A DNA stretch of 64,000 bases from Neocallimastix sp. 'constans' (lineage: Eukaryota): assembly GCA_050613775.1 (NCBI GenBank), contig JBODTK010000015.1:1240001-1304000 (forward strand), given 5' to 3'. Position numbers and translations under genes: made by a program. The notes under the pieces are model-generated. The model was not told where the DNA came from and ran no database searches. It was given only the letters and a program-made list of their open reading frames with translations. Shown in pieces: positions 43,454 through 60,328 of the stretch (positions are counted from its first letter, which is position 1; the number at the start of each line of letters is the position of its first letter).

Positions 43454-45567
43454 TTATGAATTGTTGCTATTGTTATCTGCATTATTTGAATTCGAATCAA
43501 TTACCATATTTTCTGGTGGCATTGGTGAATAATGTCTTGATTCATTAGCTGATTCATTATTTTCAGCATTTGAAACGTTCATATTTTCAGTGGCATGGAA
43601 TGGTTGATTTTCAGTTATATTTTCATTAGATGAATTAGTACTACCTTCATTAATATTCATGTTTTGTAATTCCGCGATTGGAGTGGATGCATTTTGAACA
43701 TTTATTAAAGAATTCATAGGAATCATAGGCAATGGTTGATTTGCATTTGATAATTCATTAATTGGTGACGACATATCTGGTGGTGATGAAACAACATCTG
43801 AAGTGATATTCGTTGAATTTATATGATGAGATGGAAGAGAATTTGATACTAAAGTACTGTGAGTATGAGGATGTGGAATATTAGAGATAGTATTAACTGG
43901 AGTTGAAGATAACATTGATGGTGAATCGACTGGATGAAGATTGTCTTCACTTTCAAGTTCATCATCATCATCACCAAAAAGACTATCAGAACTAACACTA
44001 GCCTTTAAATTGGCAACTTGTCTACAAACTGGACATAAAAACATATCTCCACTTGATAATATTGGATTAATACATTTATAATGGAAACAGTGTGAACATG
44101 GTGCAATAAATAAAGCTTGGAATGGTCCAATATGACATAAACAAATACAACAATCAATAGAATTATTATTAATTGGTTCATTTATACCTGGGAAAGAAGT
44201 GGAATATGGATTAGTTGCTGATAATAAAGCTCTTAAAGCAGACATAAAACTATTGATTTTAAAAATAAATATCGTGTGATTGATATTAATCATTAATTCA
44301 TTTCAATTATTGCATTACAATCATTATTTTACATTAATGAAATCATAATAAATATTTTAAAATTCATATTATAAGTTTGTATATATGTTTTATATAATTT
44401 ATTTTATCAATGTTGTTGGTTGTTGTTTTGATTATGAATAGTTTAAAATTATATTTATATTCATATAATAATTAATTTATTGAAATCATAAAATTTAACA
44501 ATGTATAATTTAATAAATATATAAATAAATAAACGAATAGTAATAATGATTAATAATAACATTTAAAATTATATATTATTAAATATCTATATAATTATTA
44601 TCACATACCGAGCTGGATTAGCCTTTCTTTTTTGTTGTTGAATATAGGTACGATTTGTAATTTGAATTTTTATAATAACACATTTGAAAATATCTATCAT
44701 TCAATCACACGTATTAATATTAATATATTATAATGTATAAGGAATAAAAATTGAAATTAATTATCTTTATTCGAATTATTAAATTAAATGTTGATATAAT
44801 AATTTTTTTTTTATTACCTTGAGTTTTTCCTTGATAATCAATACCTAATTGAATGATATCACCATCCTTTAAAGGATAAGGTCTACTCTCCTTATTTGAA
44901 GGACTCAATCTCATTCTATTAAGAAATGTACCAGAAGAACTACCGACATCTCTTAAATATACCTTTTTAAAATATATATATAATTATTTTAAAACATTTA
45001 TAATTAAATTAATATATTAATATTGAAATAACATAATTTTTTTTTTTCTTAATGAAAAAAATAAATATTTGAATTAAATTAATTAATATTATTATTTTAT
45101 ATATCATAAAATAATATATCATAAAATAATGATATATATTATATATATATTTTATAATATTAATCAATTTTATAAAAAAAAAAATATTTAAATAAATATT
45201 ATTTAAATATAATCATTTATTATTTTTATAATTTATAAATAATATATATTTATTGCTCAAAAATATATACTTGACAATCTTTGGCCCAAATTTCAGCATG
45301 ACTTCTACTGACAACCTTACTTTGAAACCATATAGATTCTTTGCTTGCTTGAGCAGCATTATTGGTTGGTCTATTAACCTGTCTACCAATTTTGGCAACA
45401 ACACCTTCAACTAAATTTCTTTCAATAGGTTCAAATGGTAAAGAAGTTGTTGATCTTGATGGATCATTATAAGAAACAAGACGAACTGAAACTACTGGAA
45501 CAGTTTCACTTTCTTTAGCATTTGTAGATAAGTTGTTCTCAGTTGATGCTACTAATTCCTTACTCAT
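43454..45567 (-). CDS. DMA1: FHA + RING-H2 E3 ubiquitin ligase (Dma1/Dma2 type), 4 exons: 45567-45271, 44962-44818, 44693-44609, 44249-43454
   Basis: FHA motifs KIGR, FQSKVVSRSHAEIW, YLRDVGSSSGTFLN and LKDGDIIQLGIDYQG, followed by RING CCICL...FQALFIAPCSHCFHYKC...CPVCR and a Ser/Asn-rich tail. Splice phases are consistent. Confidence 0.92.
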
Positions 45568-46509
45568 GTGTTTAATTATTTATTTTTATTTATTTAAATT
45601 TGTTTTATATTAAAAATGATTGAAGCTATTTTGAAATTGATTAAATAAATGACAGAAAATTTTGTATATTATTATAAATCGTTTTTTTTTTTTTTTTTTT
45701 TTTTTTTCTTTAGTTTAAAATATAAAAATATTATATTATATATATAAAGGTTAATATTTAATGATAAAAAATGTATAAGATTTTTAAAATATTATAACTT
45801 TTAAATAAAGATATTATAAATAATAGTTTTCTTTTTTTTTATATTAATAATAATATTTTTTAAATAAAGTAAAATTATATAAATTTCCAAATTATATTCT
45901 TTAAGAAAAAAATATACATAAAAAAATATTGGGAAAAAAAATTTTTTTTTATATACTTTTATGTATATATTATGTCTTTTTTCAAAAGAAAATAAAAAAA
46001 AAAAAAAAAAAAAGAGATTTCTTATTTATTAAATATAAATTATGTTAAATTATTTTTCTAAATAAAAAAAAAATAAGTTTACCTTTTTAATTTTTTTTTT
46101 TTATATCAAAAATTATTACTAATTACTATTTTTATATATATATTTTTTATTTAAATTTATGTTAAAATTGCTTTTATTATCAAAATACTTTTTATATTTT
46201 TAAAAGTTAGGTTTTGTTTCTTAATTTTTTTTTTTCTGTTAAATAATTAAATTTTTTTCTTATGGAGAAAAATAAATATATTCATATAAATAAATAATAT
46301 ATTGTAAGAATTGTATTTTAATCAATTAATATATATTAAAAAAAGCACATATTTATTTAAAAGAAATAATAAATATAAAATAATAAAAAAAAAAATTTTA
46401 ATTTATTATTATATAATAATACTATTTACCAATTAATTAAAGAGTAGAATTAAATAGATTAAAATTTGTATTTTTAATTAAAATCATTTATAGATTTTTT
46501 ATTCTTTAT

Positions 46510-46945
46510 TATTTATTATTATTTACTCTCTTTTTTATTATTTATTAATAAATACTCTTATTATTATTTATTATTTATTATTTATTAATTATTAATTATT
46601 AATTATTATTTATTATTTATTTATTATTATTTATTAATAAATACTCTTTTTATTATTTATTATTTATTATTTATTATTTATTAATAAATACTCTTTTTAT
46701 TATTATTTATTATTTATTATTCATTAATCAATACTCTTTTTATTATTTATTATTTATTATTCAATTATTTATTATTTATTATTTATTATTTATAATTTAT
46801 TCAATTATTTATTATTTATTATTTATTATTTTTAATATTTATTATTTATTATTTATTATTTATTATTTATTAATAAATAATCTTTTTATTCTTTTTATTA
46901 TTTATTATTCAATTATTTATTTATTATTTATTTTATTTATTAATT
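46510..46945 (-). repeat. (AATAAAT)n satellite block in reverse orientation with several GAGTA cores
   Basis: ttattta units with aatactctt at ~46550, 46640, 46690 and 46730. Confidence 0.9.
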
Positions 46946-47234
46946 ATCTTTTATTTAAAAAATTATATATTATGATTATAATAATTAAATGGATAAATAT
47001 AATAAAAATAAATAAATATCCATATCCTAAATAGATAAATAAATAAATAAGCAAAACGATAAATAATAAACGTAACATAATTAATATTTTGATTTAATTA
47101 AATTTAAATATAAAATCATTTTATAACTATAAAGTTTTAAAAAATATTATTATATATAAGGTTTAACATATAATATTATCATAAGTCATTATACATTATA
47201 TATATATATATATATATAGTATATATATAATTTA

Positions 47235-47903
47235 CTAATTTTTATGTTTTGTTTTATAAAAATAACAGAAACAAATAATTATTAAAATTATAACTATAAC
47301 TATTAATATTCCAATAATTATTAAGGCTTCAGTATACATAGCTGCACCATCAGAATCTGAAGGACCATTATCTTGAAATTGACATTCATTTTTTTTACAA
47401 TTTTTTGAAGAACATTCATTATCTTTTTTACAAGTATCACCGGGTGGTTTACCACAATACATATATGAACTTTTACCTAAAAATAATTTATTTGAATAAA
47501 TATCATCACAATGAACAATTGGTGTTTCTTCATTATACGTACAACGATTTTTGTAACACTTATTTGATAAACATTCTAAATCGCTTTTACATTCAACAGA
47601 ATAATTTTCACCATTGATCATTTTAATACTATTACATTGATCTAATTCAATATCATTATAATTACATGTATAAACAATGTAATTTGTTAAATTACCATTT
47701 ATATCTGGAATTTCAATAAAATAATTATCATGATCATTTTCTACACTAGCACAAATTTCATCTTTACAATAAAATCTAATATAATATTCATCCTTAATTT
47801 TTAATACATCTTCTTTACTAATAATTTTATTAGAATTAATCAATCTTAAATAGAATATTATGTATATAAATATAATATTTTTAATATATGTTATTACAAA
47901 CAT
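47235..47903 (-). CDS. Intronless cysteine-rich protein with an N-terminal hydrophobic/signal segment and a C-terminal transmembrane helix; function unknown
   Basis: 222-aa ORF with normal coding composition. Two similar Cys modules (CKSDLECLSNKCYKNRC; CKKDNECSSKNCKKNEC), hydrophobic ALIIIGILIVIVIILIIICFCYFY and a short basic tail. Confidence 0.8.
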   Translation of the reverse strand: MFVITYIKNIIFIYIIFYLRLINSNKIISKEDVLKIKDEYYIRFYCKDEICASVENDHDNYFIEIPDINGNLTNYIVYTCNYNDIELDQCNSIKMINGENYSVECKSDLECLSNKCYKNRCTYNEETPIVHCDDIYSNKLFLGKSSYMYCGKPPGDTCKKDNECSSKNCKKNECQFQDNGPSDSDGAAMYTEALIIIGILIVIVIILIIICFCYFYKTKHKN

Positions 47904-48287
47904 TTTAAAAGCAATATTTTAAAATATAGTACTAATCTATTGTAATAAAATAATAAGTAAAATAAAAAGAATATTTTTATTTTTTATATTTATATAAATA
48001 TAATATAATAAATATATAAATATATATTTTAAATAATATATATGTAAATTATATAAATTAATATTATAATAATAATTTAATAAAATATAATTATTTAAAT
48101 AACATAATTATAATTATGGGAGACATAACAAATAATTAATTATTTATTGAATTTATATCAATAAAACTTGTCTCTTAGATTTTCATTTTAAAAAAATTTT
48201 TTTTTAATAATATATAGGAATAAAATATTAATTAATGAACATAAAAAATAATTTATATTGTATATATAAAATAATTTATATTATATA

Positions 48288-49429
48288 TTAATTAACATCA
48301 TCTTGGAGATCTAAAGTATCAAATGGAATACCGCATAATTCACCATTTTCATATCCCCAAGTACCTATCTCATCGGTATGATCAATTTCAATAGAATTAG
48401 AACAACATTGGTATCCAAGTTTAATAATTTTAGATTGACAGTTTAAATTATTATTTTCAGGTTCTAAAGTTACTGGTAATGGTTTATAATCATCTAAACA
48501 ATTATCTTGATTAACTCTTGAACAGAGAGTTTTATTGTATACAATAAAATCTTCATAAATATTATTATTATTACAATCATCTATACTTAATTTATTATTT
48601 TTATAAGACAAACATCTATCATCAAATACTGAAACAATATTAAGATAATTATTATTTTGTTTAAAATACCATTGATTCCTAGGATTTTTAACACATTTGA
48701 AATTATCTTTTTTTATAATTTTTACTTTGATTACTTAACTTAAGTTGAATGCATAGCATCGTTTTAATATTTTTTTTATTGTGTTTTGAAATTTCAGTTT
48801 TATAAATATAATAATTGTTATTGTTATTTAAATATATATTTAAATCTTCATTATATTCTAAAGGATATAAATTATTATTAGAACGTTTATAATTATTATT
48901 AGAATAATTTAAATCATTACTAGTATATATTTTACGTACGATATCATGATCGGGAAAATCTAAAATAAACCAATGATTATAAAATGGATTTTTATTTGTA
49001 TCAAAATCAACTATATTTTTATTTATAAATTTTGCCATTTCTTCAATTCCATTATCAAAAATATCATCAGGATTATACCAATGATCCATTCTTGCCATAT
49101 TCATAAAATCAATAGTAAGTACTTCTTCATTATTTGGTTTAGAAAATTTTTTGACCATATCTGAGTTTTTTAAATAAATGTCATAATTACCATTATTTTT
49201 ATCTTTACTTCTACAATCCATATTATTTATTAAAATATTATATACCATATAATTGTTCTTTAATATTTAAAGATTGAGTTCGACCACCTTCATCTCGAAT
49301 AGAATTGAAAACACCATCACCACCTATTCCATAGGTTCCACTATCATGATTACCTGGAATATTATATTGATTAAGTTTTAAACTTTTATTATTAATAAGA
49401 TTCATCCAATTAGCATCATAATAAGTCAT
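48288..49429 (-). pseudogene. Disrupted PI-PLC X-domain protein with a Cys/Trp lectin-like (possibly ricin-B) segment and a C-terminal fungal dockerin (CBM10-like)
   Basis: NWM...LNQYNIPGNHDSGTY...TQSLNIKEQLYGI*YF follows the PI-PLC X-box (IPGTHDS..TQ...QL..GIRYFD), but with TAA at the conserved Arg (49238-49240). Frame changes occur near 49230 and 48710. WFILDFP resembles the end of the PLC barrel, and CQSKIIKLGYQCC...TDEIGTWGYENGELCGI is a typical fungal dockerin. True 5' end not found. Confidence 0.75.
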
Positions 49430-50054
49430 AATAAATAAATAAATAAATTATTTATGAAGCATAATTATAATTAATAAGATATTAACAATATTAATAGTTA
49501 ATTATTTAAATTTATAATATCTTTCTATATATATTAAATTTAAATAATACAGATATATAATATATAGTTTCATATATCACTTCTTTGATAATGAAGATAA
49601 CTTATTCTCTTATGAAGTAGTAATTAAAGAATAATAATAATTATAATAATTAATAATAATAATGAAAACATTGAAATTGTTTAATAATAGATTAAATAAT
49701 GTCAATAAATAAACTATCTATTAACAATACATATTAATAATTATTCTTTATAAAAAACATTTTTTAAAAAAAAAAGTGTTCAATATATATTATATTTAAC
49801 AAATATTTTTTACTCATTTTAATTGAAAAAATTAATTAAAAAAAGATTAAGATAAATAAAAATAAAAATGAAAATAAAAATAAAATAATTAAAAAAAAAA
49901 AAAAAAAAAAGGAATATTAATTGAACATAAGCTCACTTAAAAAAAAAAATATTTATAACATGTATTTAATAAATATTTTAAGATCTTCTTTTTTTAAAAA
50001 AAAAAAAAAACTAAAAATGAATTAATACTTTGGAAAAAAAATATATATATATAA

Positions 50055-50107
<53 letters not shown>

Positions 50108-50108
<1 letters not shown>

Positions 50109-50245
50109 TTCATTATTTCATTATTCATTATTTCATTTTTCATTATTTCATTTTTCATTATTTCATTTTTCATTATTTGCATTATTTCAATTTTCATTAT
50201 TTTCATTATTTCATTTTTCATTATTTTCATTATTTCATTTTTCAT
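50108..50245. repeat. Degenerate (cattattt/cattttt) tandem repeat
   Basis: Repeating tttcattatttcattt pattern; gives the artefactual MKNEI ORF. Confidence 0.8.
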
Positions 50246-50292
50246 TCTTTCATTTTTTTTTCCCTTTTCTTATTATTAATATAAATAATAAC

Positions 50293-50335
<43 letters not shown>

Positions 50336-50804
50336 TAAAAATAAATATTAAAATTTTAATTTTTTTTATTAAAAAAAAAAAAAAAATTTAAAATTGTTAT
50401 TTCCTTTTTTGTATATTAATCTATATAGATGATAAATCAAATGATTTTTAATATAGATGATAAAAATTTATATTTATGTATTTTTAACATATAAATATGA
50501 ATAAAAAATAGAATTTCAAAATAAAAAAAAAAAAAAAATTAAAAAAATTTTTTATAGAAATTTTTTTATAAATCAACAAATTTTCCAATTAATATTAAAA
50601 TTTCTAATATTATACAGAAAGAAAAGGATAATCATTAATGTGGATGTTTTTTTGATGTAGTTCATTAAACTATTCAAAATACCCAAAAAAAAAAAAAAAA
50701 AAAAAATGTATAGAATTTTTAAATACCTCTTTTGGTATATAAATAATTAATTAAATTAATAAAGTTTAAAAAAAAAAAAGTTGTATAGATAAATAAACAA
50801 ACAA

Positions 50805-50836
<32 letters not shown>

Positions 50837-50879
50837 TAAAAATAAAAAAAAAAAAAAAAATAAAAATAAAAAAAAAAAA

Positions 50880-50935
<56 letters not shown>

Positions 50936-51077
50936 TAAAAAAAAAAGTTTAGAAATAAAAAATTAATAATAATAATAATAATAATAAAATAAAAATAAAA
51001 ATAAATAAAAATAAAAATTATATTATATTATTATTATTTAATGATATTCGTATTTATTAATATTATTATATGATTTG

Positions 51078-51120
<43 letters not shown>

Positions 51121-51606
51121 CTTGTTTTTGGTTTTGATTTTGTTTTTTGTTTTTTTAATTGCTTTTTGTTTTTTAAAATTTAAATAAAGCTATTCTTTTC
51201 TATACTTTTCTATAATTTTTTTTTTTTTTTCATTTTGTATTTTTTATTTTTTATGTGTTTTTATATTATTTTTCTACTTCTATTTTTTATTTTTTATTTT
51301 TATATTATTATTATTATTATTATTAGTTTATAAAAAATCTTCTTCTATTTAATATATTATTTATATACTATCATTAAATATTTAAAAAAAAAAATCATTT
51401 TATATTTGAAATTCATTAGATTATGTATTATATAGTTATTACCAATTATTCAAAAGAATTTTTTTTTTATTTTATTCTTAAATTGATTTTAATTTTAACA
51501 TTATTAAAAAAAAAAAAAAAGATTATTATTTTTTATTTGATTGGAAATTAATTAAAATGAATATATTTAATAAAAAAAAAATTTTTTTTTATTATATTAA
51601 AATAAT

Positions 51607-54631
<3,025 letters not shown>

Positions 54632-54768
54632 CTTTCTATCATTAATTTATATTAAATTATATATTATTATATTTTATAATATAAATATTATTATTTTTAT
54701 TATTAAACTTTAATAAATTTAAAATAAATAAAAGAGGTATATACATTTTATTTTTGTTTTTTATTTAA

Positions 54769-54832
<64 letters not shown>

Positions 54833-56730
54833 GTAGTAGTAGTAGTAATAGAAAATATAATGTTGAAATAATATATATTTAATATATTAAATTTCATCAA
54901 AATAATTTTATATAAATTACTTTAATATTAAATTTTAATTATATCTAAGTTTTTTTTTTTTTTATATTAACACAATAAAAATGTAATATATATATATATA
55001 TACTTTATTTCTTTCTTTCCTCCTTTAATTTTACTAACTCTTTAAATAATAAATTATTATTCATACCTTTATTTTTAATATAAAAAAATATATATATAAA
55101 TTTTTAATAATAAATAGTGTAAAGAAAATAAAAAAAATTTATTTGTTCATGTTTATTTATAATAGATAAAAAAAAACTTGGATTGATTTTAATATATAAT
55201 ATCATTGGTTAGAATTAAGTTTTAAATTTTATTACAATAATATTTCATATTTGATTCACATTTAATTATTTAATTATTGTTATTATAATTCCTTATTCAA
55301 TAATATTATATAATAAATATTCCATATTATATGTTATGAAATAATGTATGTACATTAATACATATAATGTAATATATTGAAATAATATCAATAATAAAAT
55401 TTAAAAATTCAACTTTTTTTTTTTTTTTTTATAGTTTTTTTTTTTTTTTTTTAGTTTTTTTATGAAGAACTAAGACACTATAACACGTCAAAATTTTCTT
55501 TCTAATAAATAATAAATAATAAATATTAGGGAATAATAATAATTATTACTATTTTTTATATTTTATCATATTTTTTTTTTTTTTCTTTTTTTTTATTTTT
55601 TTAATTTTATTTTTTTTAATTTTATTTATTTATTTATTTTATGTAGTTTATTAATTCAAATTTAAAGTTAAATTTATACAATAATTTTTATGGAATTATT
55701 GTTTAATACAGAAACTATGTTAATAATCAAAAATTAAAATATTGAAATACATATGAAAGATGGCTCTATAAATTCAATACTTAAAAAATTTTTAAACATG
55801 AGAAAAGATTCAATAGTTAAAAATAAAAACTTTTAATCTTATTTTATTTTTTTTTCTTTTTAAGATTAGTATTATTATTTATTTAAATAATATACTTACA
55901 TACATTATTATGTCTTTATATTCTTGGTTAATTTATTAAATTATCTAAGTAAGTATTCTACATCTTGAATTATTTGGGTTTAGGTTTTACCCATAGTTAT
56001 TTTACTAAAACCACAAGTTTTTCATTTTTCAAATTTTTATAAAATAATTTTTTTTTTTTTATTTTGAGAAAGTTTAATATACTATATATATACAAGATTT
56101 ATATTTTATTTTTATTACTTTTAATATAAAAAAAATACTAATAGCTATTAATAATGATGTTAAATATACAAATAAATAATTTATAATTATATTAAGATAA
56201 CAAATATATAATAATAAATATAATACAAACAATAAAAATAATAAATTATAAAAAATTAAATTCAATACTTATAATCTTATTTATTTATTTATTTATTTAT
56301 ATATTTATTTATTTATTTGTTTGTTTTAAATAATTATTAAAATAAATCTATTATTTATAATATTAATAGTCATTAAAGTTATATTTAAAATGTTTTTTTT
56401 TTTTTTTTTTTTTTAAACTAATATATTTACTTAATAATAAAAATATTAATAAAAAAAATAATTATTCCAATTTTTTTTTAACCTCTATAGAAATTCTACA
56501 CTGTATGAAACTATTTAATAATTTCATTTGCTATAAAAATAAAATAAAAACATTTTTTTTTTTTTTTTTTTTTTTTTATTTTTATTTTTACTTTTTTTAT
56601 AATGTATAAAAATATTTTAAATTATTTAAAAATTTCTATTTATTATTAAAGAAACAGTAACACAATAATAATAAAAATTAAATTTGTAACTGTGATTGGT
56701 GTATACTATAATGTATATTATTAATGTTTC

Positions 56731-57896
56731 TTAGTTCATCATAATTGCTTTTTTTTTGGATGAAGTATCAATTAAATCTTGAACATTATCAACTTTATTA
56801 TATTTTGTTTTTATTCCTTTTGTTGAATATGCATCAGTACCTTCATTATGATTCATCATAGCAAAGATACCGCTTCTCTTGGTTGAATCATTAGCATTAA
56901 CTTTACTAACGGAATCAATATTTTCTTGAGAATTTGTTTTAAATATTTGAGATACATATTTATTCTTTAATATTTTAATTGGAGGAACAAATTTTTCTGG
57001 TGGATCATCAAATCTAAAAGTAGTATTATTTACATAATTTTTTGGATTTTTCCTCTTAATAGGTTGATCTAAAGATTCATTTGATGAATTTGAAAATAAA
57101 TGATGAATATGATCCTTTGTACGGGCAGTTGGTTTTGAAATAGGTTTTTCTTCTTCCTTGGCTTCTGAATCAAAACAAATATTTGAATAGGTAATTTTAT
57201 TTCTAATATCAGAACTTAATTTTTTATGACGCTTATAAACTTCCGGAGCATCATCCTTAAAAATATTCGAAATAAATTTATCTTTGGTAGCCTTTGGAGG
57301 TTGAACTTCATTTTTACTTGAATCATCACCAAATTTAATGTTTTCATAAAAAATACTATTTTTATGAATAGGTCTTACTTTGATAACAGTATTATCTTCA
57401 TCAAAAACGTGGGATATATAGGTTGGTGATATGCGTTTACGATGATGAAGATTATCTTCTTCTAGTTCTTCTTTATTATAGGCAATTTTAAAAGTAGAAT
57501 GAAATTGAGGCATAACTCTTTTTTTTCTATATTTTGGTTTTGGACGATTTTCAAGATCTATATTACCATAGTTGTCAAATGTAATACTAGACTTTAAATA
57601 TGGTTTTATTATAGGCACTCTATGATTGTGATTTTTGTGTCTTTTCTCATCTTTTGACAATTTTTTTTTCTCATTATTATTATCCATATAATTATTTTTT
57701 AAACATAAATTTTTCATTTGATCATTAATTAATTCCTCCTGTTTATCATAACCAGATTCATTCATTTTTTCATCACTACTGTAATCTTGACGAGACAAAT
57801 TGTTAGAATCACTTCTTTTTTCTGAGTTGAAATCATCTAAATCATATAATGTTGAACGAGAATCAACACAATCACTCTCTGAATCAGATTTTTCCC

Positions 57897-57938
<42 letters not shown>

Positions 57939-58017
57939 AAATTTTTTAATAATTTTTTAATAAAAAATAACAATGATAGTATTAAAATAAAGTATTTTAT
58001 TTAAATTGTAATTTTAT

Positions 58018-58055
<38 letters not shown>

Positions 58056-58767
58056 TTTATATTAATATAAATAAATTTTTATTATAATTCTAATGATAAT
58101 TTTAGTTATCATACATACATTGATATTTTTACTGCATCCTTACTCTTCTCAGCAAAAATACGTTTACCTCTATGCACTGTTTCCATTAAGTGATATATAT
58201 TATATAATTTATAATATTGTAAAAAATAATATATATTATTTTATTTATTAATTATTATTTTTATTTTCTTTCTATTTTTTTCTTTTTTAATTATTTTTTT
58301 TCTTTTACAGAATCGAAAAAGAAAAGAAATAAAAAGTAAAAATTAAAAGAATAAACCATTTTTTTTTTAAATTTTAAATAAGATAACAAACTCATCATTA
58401 TACAAAAACATAATAATTATATATAATAATTATTATATAAATTATGTCTTCGTTATTTTATAAAAATGTAATATTAAACCTTATTTATCTTTAATAATAT
58501 TTTTTTTTCTTAATTATGCATATAATTTTTTTAATTAGGATATTTAATTAAATAAATTAATTATAATTAATCCATTTTTAAAAAAAATTTTTTTTTGCTA
58601 AATTTTTTTTAATTTTTATTTTGTTTTAAACTATATATTATTTAATTTAACATCCTAAAAACTATTTTAACATTTAATTATTATTTAATCCATTAATAAA
58701 TTGTAATTTTAATTATAATTATAATTTAAAAAATTTTGAGTTTTTGTCTCATATCCTATTTTTTCTC

Positions 58768-58817
<50 letters not shown>

Positions 58818-60279
58818 TATTATTATTAAAAAATTAATTTAATATTTAACAATTAAACTTTTTAAAACATCATATTATTATTATTATTATTATTTTTATA
58901 TTATTAAAGTTTTTTAAAACTTATTATATTTTTAACTTTTTTTTTTTTTTTTATATAATTTTCAAGAAATTAAATTTATATATAATAAATTATTACGTAG
59001 TATATTTTATAAAATGATCAAATTTTAATTATAAAAAGTTTTTTTTTCTTTAAAATGTAATTTTATAATTTTTTTTTTCTTTTTTTTTTTCTTACCTGGT
59101 GGATTTGGTGTAAAAGCATCTTCAAAAATATTGTCACTTTGGTATAAACGTTCTCTAAACATTCTTTTCGTTTTTGATGAATGAGAGGAACCTCCATTGG
59201 AACCATGGTTAGAAGCAAGATCTAAATTATTTCCACTAAAAATTTCACTAATATTTTTTGAATCATTTCTATCCTTTTTAAAAATTTTATTGGTAATTTT
59301 TTCATTTTTAGAGAATTCTTCTTTGATTTCACCAGATAAAAAACCACTTAATGTATCCGATTTACTTTTAAAATCAATAGTGTTGTAGGATCTTCTTCTA
59401 CCATCGGATTGAATACTTTCATCTACTCCAATACCTTTTTCTTCAATAAGTTTCTTAACACTATCACTATTATTTTTATTAATAAAATCCTAAAATTATA
59501 AATTATTAAATAATTTTAATTATTATTACCAGTATTATTATTATTATTATTATTATTATTGTTCTCATCATCATTATTTTTAAAATTATTATTATTATTT
59601 CTTATTATTTTTTTTTATAAGTCTTACACTTCTTAAATCTTTAAATCTTTCATAGGATTGTCTTTTTAATAATTTACGATTAAGAATATCCATACTATTC
59701 ATTTCTTCAAATTGTTCTTTTGTTAATAATGGATCTGATTGTTGAATACCTTTAACAGGTAAGTCAGTATCTTCACCGTTAAATGGACATCTCAATATAG
59801 ATGGAATCAAACCAACTTGTTTTAAGACACAAGCTTGATCCCAATAAATTCTTTTACTTTTAATAAACAGATCATCATTAAAAGTAACAATAGTAACAAT
59901 AGGTACAACCAATCTTCTTCCAGTAGCTTGAACTATACGTTTAAAAAAAAATAGCAAAAATATGAAATTTTCAATTAGTTTGATTTTTTTTATAAAAAAA
60001 AATATATATATATACATACATATAATTTAAAAATTAATTAATATATAAATTTTTAAAAATTATTTGGAAATTTTACCTCCTGGAAGAAGCCATTGTATTG
60101 GTCTACTATGTAATAGAGTTAAAATCTTTTCTTCAATAACAGTATTTCCACAAACTAAATAAAAGCAATTTTAAAATAATTTTATAAAAAATATAATTAA
60201 TTATTATTATTATTATGTTGATGTTGATATTATAATCACTAAATACTGAAAAATAAAAGTAAATATTATATATATAAAT

Positions 60280-60328
<49 letters not shown>

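Noticed and set aside
49210..49245. Tiny intron that might rescue the PLC reading frame
   Set aside because: The GT..AG candidate is only ~35 nt, much shorter than the other introns here, and splicing it leads to a stop within about 12 codons.
26007..49429. PHO84 and the PLC gene as a phosphate-scavenging cluster
   Set aside because: They are 20 kb apart, separated by unrelated genes, and share no regulatory signal that I could identify.
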